Source: Octopus vulgaris
Taxonomy: Eukaryota
DNA length: 64,000 nucleotides
Direction: 5' to 3'
NCBI GenBank assembly: GCA_951406725.2
Contig: OX597816.1
Location: 124,186,001-124,250,000 of the forward strand
Shown here piece by piece: positions 25,028-37,186 of the stretch. The notes beneath the pieces were generated by a model that did no database searches, was not told where the DNA came from, and saw only the letters and a list, made by a program, of their open reading frames with translations. The number at the start of each line of letters is the position of its first letter. The first letter of the stretch is position 1. A program made the position numbers and the translations under genes.

Positions 25028-26319
25028 ATGTATATATATACATGTATATATGTATACACAAATATATATACTCACACATACCCATGCACACATTCATATA
25101 TTATATTTAACATTTCCTTACAATCCAGATAAGATGTCTCAACTTCCATTTTTCTTTCATGGATTTGTGCGATCATATGAGAATTATCTACATACTTCCT
25201 GAGATTCTTTAAACACATATTGTTTAAAGTAACTCATAACCACCAGTCCAGAATATCTCAAAGTAGATATTGTTTCAAATTCTGTTACAAGGCCAACAAT
25301 TTCAACAAAGACGGTAAGTCAATCACGTTGACCCCAGTGCTTAACTGGTACTTACTTAAAGCCAAGTTGGCCTCAAAAAACAAAGATATCTTCTTGAGTC
25401 ATGTCACCTCATAAAGACCCGTTTCCTGGTTTCTATGGCTCATATATTCCCCACCTGGATGGGACACCAGTATATCACAGGATCACTAATTTTTGCCTGC
25501 TGGGTGGACTGGAGCAATGTGTAAGGAAGTGTCTTGCATAGGAGCACAACACATTGCCTGGTTCAGAAATCGAAATTACAGTTTTATGATCATGAGTCCA
25601 ACTACCCAACCACTAAGCTACTAAGTCAACCTCAGTGGAATTTGAACTTAGAACATAAAGTTGAACAAACTACCACAAAGCATTTTTCCCAGTGTGCTAA
25701 CCGTTCTGCCAGCTCGCCATCTTATAAAAGGTAGATATTGATACATTAAATGGAAAAGTTCATATCAATAAAACAATGCTACAGTTAATTCTCTCTTAGC
25801 CAAAGAATGTGCCTTAAGACATGAATGAGATATGCAAAACATTGTAATTAAGATATATTTAAAATAATGAAATTCATGTCACCAGTGATTCTGTGCACAT
25901 TACAATAAAAAATATATCAAAACCCCAAATAAATTGCTGCATAGAAGCATTGCCTTGTCTCAATGGAGACAACTCTCCTAATCTACAAATTTAGATGTAC
26001 AATTTAGCAGTATATACGAACAAAAGTCTCATTAACTATATAGTTTCTCAGCTCGTGAATTATTGTGTCATCTTATTGAATGTACTTGCAGTGAGGTTAA
26101 CTGTGCCATTTAGAGTTATCTGTCTTAGCCATTGACATATTCCTGTCCTAGTGACTGGATATAAACCACTGGTTCTCTCTCTAGTTGTCTGACATGCTAT
26201 TGATTTTTACCATCAGCAGCTTTACCAGTCAAAATATAGCAATCAGATACTTTCAAAAATATATGTTAGGTTTATCTCTGTATATATGTATATATATATG
26301 TATATGAATATATATATAC

Positions 26320-26359
<40 letters not shown>

Positions 26360-26360
26360 A

Positions 26361-26403
<43 letters not shown>

Positions 26404-26404
26404 G

Positions 26405-26588
26405 TAAAAAGCACCCACTACACTCACGGAGTGGTTGGCATTAGGAAGGGCATCCAGCTGTAGAAACATTGCCAGATAAGACTGGAGCCTGGTGCAGCCT
26501 TCTGGCTTCCCAGATCCCCGGTCGAACCGTCCAACCCATGCTAGCATGGAGAACGGACGTTAAACGATGATGATGATGATGATGATGA
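26405..26588 (+). mobile_element. RTE LINE 3' UTR fragment, CpG-retaining (young), with (GAT)n tail
   Basis: AAAAGCACCCACTACAC...CCAACCCATGCTAGCATGGAGAACGGACGTTAAACGATGATG. The same UTR follows RTE coding sequence at 60695-61300. Confidence 0.85.
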
Positions 26589-27050
26589 TATATATGTATA
26601 TATACTGTAATGTATAATAGTATGGCGAATATAGTTTTGGTTTGTTACATTTCTGATGAAGAAATTGACAAGAAAGTGTCACAGGTCTTTCACCAGTTTT
26701 TATATCTGTGAAAAATTTACTAATGTGTGTTTGTGTGTGTGTGTGTGTGTGTGTCTGTGTGTGTGTGTATGTGTGTGTACATGCATGTCTGTGAGTGTGT
26801 GTATATATATGATATATGTATGTATGCATGTATGTATGCATATATGTATATATATATTTCGTTTTTGGATTTGGTTTGCAAAATTCTTTATATGAGTTCG
26901 AGTATTGAAGCATAGTCAAGACTATTGAAAAGGTCGCAACACGCAGCGAAAATTTTAGAGAATAAAAATAAGAAATAAGTGGAAATTTTACCGGTGATTG
27001 TGATAAATAATAAGGCACTAAAAAGAGAATGACTTTCCCCAGACACAACA

Positions 27051-27094
<44 letters not shown>

Positions 27095-27099
<5 letters not shown>

Positions 27100-27552
27100 T
27101 AATCCAAACAAGAAAGCACAAAAAAACACAACGCGAGGACGTGGAACAAATATAGTATTATTGGACGCTCAGGAAAGAAGGAATGAAGGAGAGTTTAACG
27201 TTTCGAGCGGAGCTCTTCGTCGGAAACATAGAAGGAAAGATCCAGAGAGGGGAAGATAGAGGAAAAAATCGCCAACAGTACACATGCGGTCACATTTTGA
27301 ATGACTGGGAGGAATTGGGTGAAGAAAGTTCTTTCAAAGACAGGAGAGTACAAGAGGAGGTATGTGTGTGTGTGTAAGGAGGTATGTGTGTGCATGCGCG
27401 AAGGTCTGCGTGTGCATGTGCATGTGTGTGTATGTGTGTATGTGTGCAATGATAACACATGTGTGTGTGTGTGTGGTTGTGGCTGTTAATCTTTGCATGT
27501 TGTAGGGCCTAGTAGTGTTTAAGGTCAAGGAAGAAGGAATTGGGAGTGGCTC
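27095..27552 (-). mobile_element. PLE pseudo-LTR-like fragment in (TA)n
   Basis: Layout resembles 220-445. Contains the HHR at 27193-27227 and is bounded by TA repeats. Confidence 0.65.
27193..27227 (-). ncRNA. Minimal type I hammerhead variant (U4C core, extra A, GUU triplet)
   Basis: Minus strand reads GTTT-CCGACGA-A-GAGC-TCC-GCTC-GAA-ACGT-T-AAAC. Stems I and II are perfect and stem III is the ACGU palindrome. Confidence 0.7.
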
Positions 27553-28372
27553 ATATATATGTATATGTATATCATCTGGATAAGGTCCACTTTTCCATGC
27601 TTAGATGGTTCTCTGATGGAGTTCTTTGAAGTAGATTCTCTATGGCCAGATGTCTCTTTCCATCACCATGTCATACTTGTTTCTAAGGAAGGCAATATTT
27701 TGCTATATCCGAACCTATTTACGCAAAATATTAGAAATGGGTGATGTTTCTTCTATGACAATTGATTCTCACAACTATCATGCGATGTCAACAGAGAAAC
27801 ACAACACGCACTCATACATGCGTGTACACACACACACACACACACACAAAACGACAAATATCAAGAGTGGAGTTAGCAAATCAATATAATACATATGTAT
27901 ATACATAGATATATAAATATATAGACATGCTCACACACACAAATGCATGCACACACACATGCACATGCACGTACACACATGCACATACACACACATACAC
28001 ATATGTGGTTTGGTTGAATATTCATAGGCTGGCTTATATTAGAATATACCCAAGACACCACACAGTGAAATTGAACTCAGGACCATGTATTTGTTATGCA
28101 TACTTTTTTTTACCATGCAACCTTGTCTGCACTCATACTATTATGATAAATTCTGAGTTTTGATGCAAGGAGCCACAAATAACTAAAAAGTTAAATAAAA
28201 CTGTTCATTTGAAGCCAAATATTTTTGTTTTCAATAAAAGAAAGGGTTAGTGGTTATGATATGGTCTGGTAAATAGGCCATTTTTTAATTTCTCACTTCA
28301 GAATCACGCCAAAATCAAAATTTTCATTCTTTGAGAATCATGAAAAATATGAATTGTATAGTGTAAGGAAAG

Positions 28373-28420
28373 CATTGCTCCTGAAGAGCATTCTTTATAT
28401 GAAATGAATAGAGTGCAGTG
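28373..28420 (+). ncRNA. Candidate degenerate minimal hammerhead
   Basis: CATTGCTC-CTGAAGA-GCATTCTTTATAT-GAAA-TGAA-TA-GAGTGCAGTG. Core and stem I are good, stems II and III are weak. Confidence 0.4.
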
Positions 28421-30078
28421 AGATGAAAAACTTTACCAGATAGATATGCAATTAGAAGATAAAACTACCTCTAGGGGTGTTTAAACTCTAAAAACAAGCA
28501 AAGGAAACAACTCCAATGAAATCAAATAATTGAAATTTTTTGAAAATGACAAGATGGATAGGAGCATATCTTGTCATTAAAGCTAAAAGATGAAGACAAT
28601 AGAGGCATTTCTGTCTTATTTCATTTCTTTGTGTCACTTTTAGGTTATAATTTACTGTTTCTTTATTTTAATGTCTGTTTTTCTATACTGTCATTGATTA
28701 GAAGAGTTTACAATATAGCACTTTTTCAAGTATCACAGATGTATTACCATTTCATCCATTTGTTTATTTTGCAGTTCTGACTGTTTCCAGTTGGTTTCTT
28801 TCCAAGCTCGCTTTGATCTATCTTCATTGGATTACTATGCATCAATGACTCAGAAATTTGTTACCTAGCATTTGTTTTCCATTCATGTTTCTCACAGATT
28901 TTTTTATTCTGTATACACCAGCCAAGTCCTAGTCGCTATTAATCACTTTCAATTGTACTCAGTCTGTTTCCAAGTTACTGTAGTATTTTGAATAAGCAAT
29001 ACTTAATTTGTATCCCTCCACCTTACCTCTAACCAAATTCTTCAGCTCCACTGCAGTTATTATTCATGATTTACCAATAAAGAAAATCACATGTTTTACA
29101 CACCACATAAATTCTTTTCATGATGAAGAGAAACTCATTGTTAGAAACAAATATAGTTGTTGTTGAACTCTTTCCAGCCTCTTCAAACCTTAGCCACTGT
29201 TCCACTATTAGCATCTACTCAGACAGTTTATATGACTTCAAGTTTCAGACGTTATTCACAATTTTCCAATCAGTTCATGGCTTTCAGTTTATGGCTGTTA
29301 GCTATTCCATGACATCAGATTGACCTAATGTATGCCTGAAGTTTTGGTTTCCTGTCAGACTATAAGAAATATTTTTGTACACTTATTGCACAATCACATA
29401 TCTTGAGTTTATTGTCCCACACTTAGCAATCAATTGACTGATTACTGGTGCAATATAAGCCTGTTTAGTTAAAGGTGACTGAAGGTTACTTAACAGCAAC
29501 AACAATAAGAAAGACAATAACTATTCCCCATTGTTTGAAATTTAATCCTTATATAATATTTATAGATAGTTCTAATTAATCTTACCCTGTTTGTATTATC
29601 AAGTTATCAAAACAAAATTTCTGATTTCCTAGCAAGAAAATTGTTCTGTTAGTCTGCTTAGTATATTCTTTCGACATTTACTATCAGTAACTGTCTATTT
29701 ATACACAATTTACTTCATCATATAAAGTCTAACAATTTAAAGCTGACAATTTAATGAATCAGTAAATTCAATATTTATAATTTTATTGTCAGGTTGGTAT
29801 TTCGGCTGGTGAGTGTCAGTTTAGGTATTCTGTAATCCAGCAATAAGGCTAATTCTACTATTTCATCTATATATTACAAATTTGCTAAAGTCACTTATTT
29901 CCTACTATTCTTTATGACCAATCAAAGTCTAACAAACAGGTATATTTCATCTAAGTAAACTGAATATATACATATATAGTTAAATACATACACACACATA
30001 CATGATTTACAGCAGGTAAGTATATATTTGAGTGCATATGCATGTGTGTGTGTGCATGTGTGTGTGTATGTGTGTGTA

Positions 30079-30119
<41 letters not shown>

Positions 30120-30690
30120 TCATACACTTATATAGTGAATGTATGCTTGTATATTATTCTTGTGCACTGTGTTTTGTTTCAATGGTATACTCTTCTGTAA
30201 ATTATATACACACACACACACACACACATATATATAAAATACAAAATGAGACAAGAACGCAAAACATCCAGATAGCTAGGTGAGACAAAAAGGGACAACA
30301 AAACATCCAGATAGACGATACAAAGAAAACAAGGATGGGTCATTCGAAGTTTGCTTTCTTCAGTCAAGCACCAGATTATCCTTGCAATTTTGGCTGATTA
30401 TTCTTGAGATTGCTCCAATCTGACCAGCCCCAAGGAAAAACCCTTTATTCCTTGGAAGAGAGCAGCAAATGTATACAAAAACAGACAATGTTACACAAAT
30501 ATAAATACAATAAAAAAAACACAATATATATATATGTGCCCCAGCATGGCCACAGCTCATGAGCTGAAACTAGAATCAATCAATCAATCAATCATATATA
30601 TATATATATATATATATATTAATAAGTTGATGAAGAAGACAGAGCTCACTACTGTAGTGAAACAAAGCTCCATATTGAAGTAGCAGATAT

Positions 30691-30748
30691 ACCCATATCA
30701 CATGATTTCGAATATTGATGCATAGTATCTCAATTCTCAACAGGGGAT
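30691..30748 (-). ncRNA. Degenerate type I hammerhead (A6U), left-arm copy
   Basis: Minus strand reads ATCCC-CTGTTGA-GAAT...ATTC-GAAA-TCATGTGA-TA-TGGGT. Confidence 0.75.
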
Positions 30749-30880
30749 CTTACTGGTCCTAGGGTGAATCTCAACCTGCCTTCTCAACTCATAAGAAAGG
30801 CCGTTGAAAGCACATACTTTCAGAGTGTTTTCTTTAATAAATTGATGAGGCGAGTTGAGCTTAACCCTAGGTGCAGTAAG

Positions 30881-30938
30881 ATCCACTGACAAGAATTGAG
30901 ACACTATGCATCAAAATTCAAAATCACATGATATGGGT
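30881..30938 (+). ncRNA. Degenerate type I hammerhead (G8A, G12A), right-arm copy
   Basis: ATCCA-CTGACAA-GAATT...AATTC-AAAA-TCACATGA-TA-TGGGT. Confidence 0.75.
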
Positions 30939-31146
30939 ATATCTGTTATTTTAGTAGGGAACGTTGTCTCACTACATTAGGGAGCTATGTCTCCGTCATC
31001 AACTTATTGAGATAGTGCATTTTGTGGATAATGAGATGTTTTGACTCTTATTTCTAGCAATGTTGGTACCACTTTGTACTCTTGTCACTTTAGTGACGTT
31101 TATAAATTTGCCTTTAGGTTGTTACATTGCTAATAAGCCACCTACA

Positions 31147-31276
<130 letters not shown>

Positions 31277-31304
31277 TTGTTCAGCAAGAAATTTCAGAAC
31301 TGTC

Positions 31305-31524
31305 GGTGAGCTGACAGAAACGTTAGCACAATGGGTGAACTACTTAACGGTATTTTGTCTGCCGTTACGTTCTGAGTTCAAATTCCACTGAGGTCCACTT
31401 TGCATTTTGGGGTCGATAAAATTAAGTACCAGTTACGCACTGGGGTCGATGTAATCAACTTAATCCCTTTGTCTGTCCTTGTTTGTCCCCTCTATGTTTA
31501 GCCCCTTGTGGGCAATAAAGAAAT
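31305..31524 (+). mobile_element. SINE family A with 19-bp TSD
   Basis: TSD AAGAAATT(T/G)CAGAACTGTC at 31286-31304 and 31525-31543. Confidence 0.9.
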
Positions 31525-33347
31525 AAGAAATTGCAGAACTGTCTTTCTCAGCCTACAAGGGACTACTATTGCTATCATTACTAATGGCAGTGACCTATTG
31601 TTTGTTCTTGTTGCAGCAAAAGTAGTGGTCTGTTGTTCCTTACTGGCAACGTTGAAGCATTATTTGTAAAGCTTAAATCACATGAAACTACTTTATCCCA
31701 TCCTCTGTCTTCCTGCATGTCCTTCTTCCCTAAGTTCCGTCCGCTTTATGTGATCACTTCTTTATTCAGCTGTCATCATCCATATGCATCACATGAACAT
31801 ACCGGTACTGCCTTCTCTCTTGCACACAACATACACATGGGTGTGTTTGTGCTTGTGTATGTGTGTGTGTGTGCCTGCATGTGTGTGTGTGTTTGTGTGT
31901 GTGTGCATGTGTGTGCATGCATGTGTGTGCATGCATGTGTGTGTGTTTGTGTGTGTGTGTGTAAATGTTTATTCAACACTTATGTACTCATTAGCATTTA
32001 ACAATAACTGTTGTCTTTCCACTTCAAATATTTTTTTCTCATGAAGAAGATATTTTAGTAAATATTGATGTGTTTCAAAAATATTTCATAACACATGTTT
32101 TCAAGATCTCTTGTTTGACTGCTAGTAGAAATATTATATTTCAAAGTATCATCTTATTTGTAAAATTGATTTTTTTTTATGCTCCTCTAGTTTACCGAAC
32201 TGCAATTAATGTCTAATGGCTTGTATAGAGAGATGGTTCTCCAGAATGACTTACTAACCATGCACTTGATGGACAAAAAAAAAAGAATTTGGTTGAAACC
32301 CAATGATTCATGGATAGTTCTGAGATTCTTTACAATCAAAGCTAAAATTATAATATGAATTGTAATATTTATTTTATAATAAAATCTTCTTAAATATTCT
32401 AGAATCTTTAAGATGACTCAGAATATATATAAATAGAATGTAAATATTGAAAATACCAATTTTAATTTTAAAAAATTCAATTATTCATTTTTATACATGC
32501 TCTTATCACTAACTAGCCTTTAATATTCTCAGTTATCCAAACAAAAATTATAATTTCTTTTATGATGATTTATATATAATCTAAATGAGTACAAAACATT
32601 ATATAACCAGAGTATGCACATTTTGAATATCTTTCTAATACATTAAGCATATCATTAAATATTTTCTTATTAGTTGTCAAGAGAAAAGTAAATCTAATAA
32701 ACATGTGCACACATACCTGCACATGATTATATTAATGAGGGGAAAAATGGAAAACATAAGGCAAAAGATAAGCAGTCTTCATGCTGATGCTAATATAATG
32801 TTATTTCAATTCATAGCTAAGGCTATTTCACTTCAATTTAACTGCTAATGCCTTTTGGAAAGGAACATCCATACTGTTTCTCATATCCTCTTCACTTAGA
32901 TTATAAAGGTTTGTACTCAGTAAAAAAATCATAATAATCAATAATAGAAAGCAGAGAGATGAAAAGAAGGATTTGCTGCAATAAAGATTTCAAGTAAAAC
33001 TTGAAATTAAAATGACTGAGAAATCCAAAATGTAATAGCAAAAAGCAATTGATAAGGGCTAGGAATTGAAAGAAAATTACAAACATTTTCAAAGTTTAAA
33101 AAAATATGTATAACAGACATCGACAAGCAAGAAACTTTAGAATGTTGGAGCTAAAAATAAATTTAACCCAATAATAATATAATGATATAATATAATAATA
33201 TAATCCTAATAATAATAGATGAACTACTGAAATGGCACAAGACAAAGAATGACATCATACTAGAATTATCTGTGACCAGATAACCCAGGTTCTTCATTCT
33301 GTTTCAACAAAGATATCTTCATTGGCTGTATACTGTATGTATGTAGT

Positions 33348-33590
33348 ATGCCAGATGAGATCTTGGAGGGTCTGCTGTATAAGGAACTGGCCTCTGGCAA
33401 GAAAGCACAAAGGTAAACCCATTTTCATTTCAATGATATCTGCGTGAAGGACATGAAGTTAGTGAAGATAAACTTTGAGAAGTGGGAGGACACTGTGAGT
33501 GATCGATCTGTAGGGAGCTGCAACTAGGGAGGGATTGAATATGAAGAAGAGAAGCTGAGTCTTGCTGCAGAAGAAAAGTGCCTTAAAAAA
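33348..33590 (+). mobile_element. RTE (BovB-like) LINE C-terminal remnant
   Basis: MPDEILEGLLYKELASGKKAQR*THFHFNDICVKDMKLVKINFEKWEDTVSDRS resembles LLYGELxxGKRxxGRPxLRFKDxCKxDMK...WE...DR. Confidence 0.75.
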
Positions 33591-34088
33591 GCACAAGGAT
33601 AATGGGTATTACTAGTAGACAGAATCTTAAAAATCAGCCACATCAGACATTGAAGATTGAAGATTGAAACAAGACTTTTCAGGTCTTGCAAGAGTTTCAG
33701 AAGTCATATTGCTTGTCTTAGCATAGAAGCATAGATTGCCAATTCTATAAGGTATCAGACAACCAAATGAAAATTAGCACTAACACTGAACTTTCTCCAT
33801 GAAAATGATTCTTCACCTGTAGAAGTAAGTTTAGCAAAATTGACCTGTTGTATGCAGCACTATAATTGTGAAATTGATAACTTATTTGTTAAGTTACAGT
33901 GTTCATTTCAGCTCTTCTTGTGGGTCTGGAGAAGCTATTCTACATTTCAGTTTCAAATCAGACTGTTTAGTCATGCCAGCAGTTCACATTACACTTGAAT
34001 CTCGATTGTAGTCCTGGTTATAGGAAAAAGCTTATGTTTGATACATCAATCCAGTTTAATCCAAGTAGCTGGTTTTATGTTCCTTTAA

Positions 34089-34304
34089 CCCTTTCATTAC
34101 CAGCCCAGCTGAAACTGGCTCTGACTCTGAGTACAAATGTCTTGTTTTCATAAGTTTTTCATTAAAATCTTACACCAAACCTTAGTCACAATTTATGTTC
34201 TTAACACTAGCTGAATGATAACTAAATTATTTTACAAAATTCTTTGTTATATTTAAAGTAACTGAAAGAAACACAGAGCATCTCTAAATACAGTAAAAAA
34301 AGGG
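34089..34304. mobile_element. piggyBac-type MITE
   Basis: TTAA|CCCTTT...AAAGGG|TTAA. Confidence 0.7.
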
Positions 34305-34660
34305 TTAATTTTTGCAAAGTTTATGCTGCTTTCCTGCAAACAATGACCAACAGATATTCTGGCTATAATCTGTACCAAATTAGTTGTGTAAGAGGACGAC
34401 AAAAGTAATAAATACTTATTTAGTAGTTTTGCTAAATACTCTTTAGCTGTAATGCTGTATCAATATATATACCAGCGTTGTGGCTTGTGAAGAGGAATGA
34501 AGTGTTGCATTGGTAACAAACTCCACACAAGAAATATGAACATTTCTGAACATAGCTGAAATTTATGGTCCTATGTCTTCTGGAATATCAGAAACATGTA
34601 ATCTTGTAACACAATAATTATAGAATATTTTTTTTAAGAAGAAAATTTAATTCGTTTAAA

Positions 34661-34819
34661 GGTGTGGCTGTGTGGTAAGAAGCTTGCTTCCCTACCATAT
34701 GGTTCTGGGTTCAGTGCCACTGCATGGCACCTTGGGCAAGTGTCTAATGCAACAGCTTTGGGCCAACCAAAGCCTTGTGAGTGGATTGAGCAGATGGAAA
34801 CTGAAAGAAGCTTGTTATA

Positions 34820-34858
<39 letters not shown>

Positions 34859-34859
34859 T

Positions 34860-34899
<40 letters not shown>

Positions 34900-35005
34900 T
34901 GCACGTATAAGTGTGTGTGTGTGTGTGTGCTGGTGTATTTACGCCTCTGTAACTTAGTGGTTTGGCAAAAGCGAGCAATAGAAAATTAGTACCAGGTTTT
35001 AAAAA
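34661..35005 (+). mobile_element. SINE family B with expanded internal TA/TG microsatellite
   Basis: Collinear with 44677-45090. Confidence 0.8.
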
Positions 35006-35172
35006 AGTAAAATTAAATTGGATGAAATGATCTGGCTAAGCTTAATCAAATTTACTCAACTAAATCACATCATTGTAGCATTCATAAGGCCAAAGGACTA
35101 CATCCTGTGCTTATACAGTGCTGGTCAGTCAAGGTTTTTTTGCTGGGTGGTCAAACCATAGATAGCCATGCA

Positions 35173-35570
35173 GGCGGTGAGCTAGCAGAAACATTAGCAT
35201 GCTGGGCGAAATACTTAGCGGTATTTCATCTGCTGTTATGTTCTGAGTTCAAATTCTGCCGAGGTCGACTTTGCCTTTCATCCTTTCGGGGTTGATAAAT
35301 TAAGTACCAGTTACGCACTGGGGTCGATGTAATCGACTTAATCCCCGTTTGTCTGTCCTTGTTTGTCCCCTCTATGTTTAGCCCCTTGTGGGTAGTAAAG
35401 AAATAGGTATTTTGTCTGCCGTTACGTTCTGAGTTCAAATTCCACCAAGGTCAACTTTGTCTTTCATCTCTTCAAGATCGATAACTTAAGTATCAGTTGT
35501 GTATTGGGGTCGATCTAATCGACTGGCCCTCTCCCCCAAAATTTCGGGCCTTGTGCCTAGAAAAGAAAAG
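35173..35570 (+). mobile_element. Dimeric SINE family A flanked by an 11-bp TSD
   Basis: GATA(G/T)CCATGC at 35161-35171 and 35571-35581. Same two-unit architecture as 4424-4822. Confidence 0.88.
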
Positions 35571-36410
35571 GATATCCATGCTGGAGTATTCATAGCAATG
35601 CATCACTATTGAGTTCTTGCTTAACTCTCTAGCAATATCCTGCAAATTGCATGTATCTTTATTTAATGACATCAGTGTTTGGAAGAAGACTGTCGTATGG
35701 TCTTTGTTTGATCAGTATTTTTTGTCTGGGAGATGTTCAGAATGTCTCATAACATGTGTGTTTGAACAATCAAGCCTTAGCTCAAAGTAATCTGAATGAT
35801 TGGATAAGTAGAAATCATAAAATAGAAAGAATACGAGGAGAGAAGAGAGATGGGGTATAAAGGGAATGATACAGCAAGGAAGGAGACACATAGAAAAAAG
35901 GAAGAATGAGAAAAAGCCAAAAGCAAAAACAAAAAAAAAGCAGTGAATGAGATGAAAGACAGAAAAAAGAAAGGAGATAAAATAGAAGAAAATAAAAGAG
36001 TGAAAGGCAAGGAATATAGAGAAAAACAGATTTTGCTTGAAAACAACATAAAGCAGTAATGGCAATAGTAACAACAGTAAAAATATCAATAACAACAACA
36101 CTATAGTACTTGGGTTAAGAGCATGAAAAACAACAACAGTAACAACTATATTAATATAATTGACATCATCATCATAGTAGTAGTAGTAGTAGTAGTAGTA
36201 GCAGTAATCATACTAATAATATTATTGAAAATAATAACTACAATAATAATTCCTTCATTTATTAGCCATGCAGACCCATACAACAAAAAAAGGGTTAATA
36301 GTGTAGTCATGTGAGGATATAGAAACGTAGCTATATTAGGAAAAACATACACTATGTGTGCGTGTGTATGTGCATGAGTGTGCATGTGTGTGTGTATCTA
36401 TGTATGTATA

Positions 36411-36468
<58 letters not shown>

Positions 36469-37186
36469 AGTATATTAAAAGTTGATGCAGACATACATTT
36501 ACATACATACATACATACATACATACGCATTCATCCTATGAATAGGTAGAGGTTTACCTGAGTGTGTGGTGTGCTGAATGAAATAAAGTAAATACAACAA
36601 ATGAATGCAAACTATATTCATGTGAGAAGCCATCTTCTTATTTGCATCAGAACACCTCACTATTTTGACTAACTCCCACTCCTTGTTCTCCTTCGTCAGT
36701 ACATCATCTGCAAGGGTTCCTTCCAAGTCATTCAGCAGATCAATGTGTAACTGATCTGTGATGTGGATGCCCATCTAATCCAATCTACCTGAGAGGCATG
36801 CTCTTCCCTGTGGATTTTTAGAAACTTTTATCTAGATTAACTTCCTTTGTGCTCTTTTTTCTCTTTTTGCCATCACCACAAGTTTCTATTCCTCTTCAAC
36901 CCCCCCCCCCCACCCATTTACCTCTCAGCTTTGCTAGGCAAAAGTATAATACTACTTAAAGATTGGTCTTTTTGTAACCAATGGTGTTATAGAAATAGCA
37001 GTTTCTGGGTCCTGCTTTTGCTTTGTTGTCCTTTTTGCTAACTGCTGCTTCCCCTTCTCTTCTATTCTAGCTCGTCAGGATAAAATGCCTTGATATGACT
37101 CTTACTGCCACTTGTGTAATAGCTTGGTCTTCTGCTCTACACCACCAATCATATTGCTTCTCTTTTCTTACCTCTGTAATGAAATA

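Larger units (their letters stand above)
30620..31010. repeat. Inverted repeat with ~170-bp arms and ~55-bp spacer, each arm carrying a hammerhead copy; element flanked by (TA)n
   Basis: AATAAGTTGATGA... (30621) is the reverse complement of ...TCATCAACTTATT (31008). Arms about 30621-30787 and 30842-31008. Confidence 0.9.

Noticed and set aside
24620-25202. Long ORFs rich in Y/I/C/V/H/T (also 19810-20227, 50775-51203, 58945-59258 and others)
   Set aside because: Translations of TA/TG/TATG microsatellites, which lack stop codons in several frames.
26648-26722. CTGATGAAG in a short insert between microsatellites
   Set aside because: Could not build consistent stems II and III.
30335-30372. Minus-strand CTGAAGA-AAG-CAAA-CTT-CGAA in a PLE-like fragment
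   Set aside because: A15.1 is missing and stem I does not pair.
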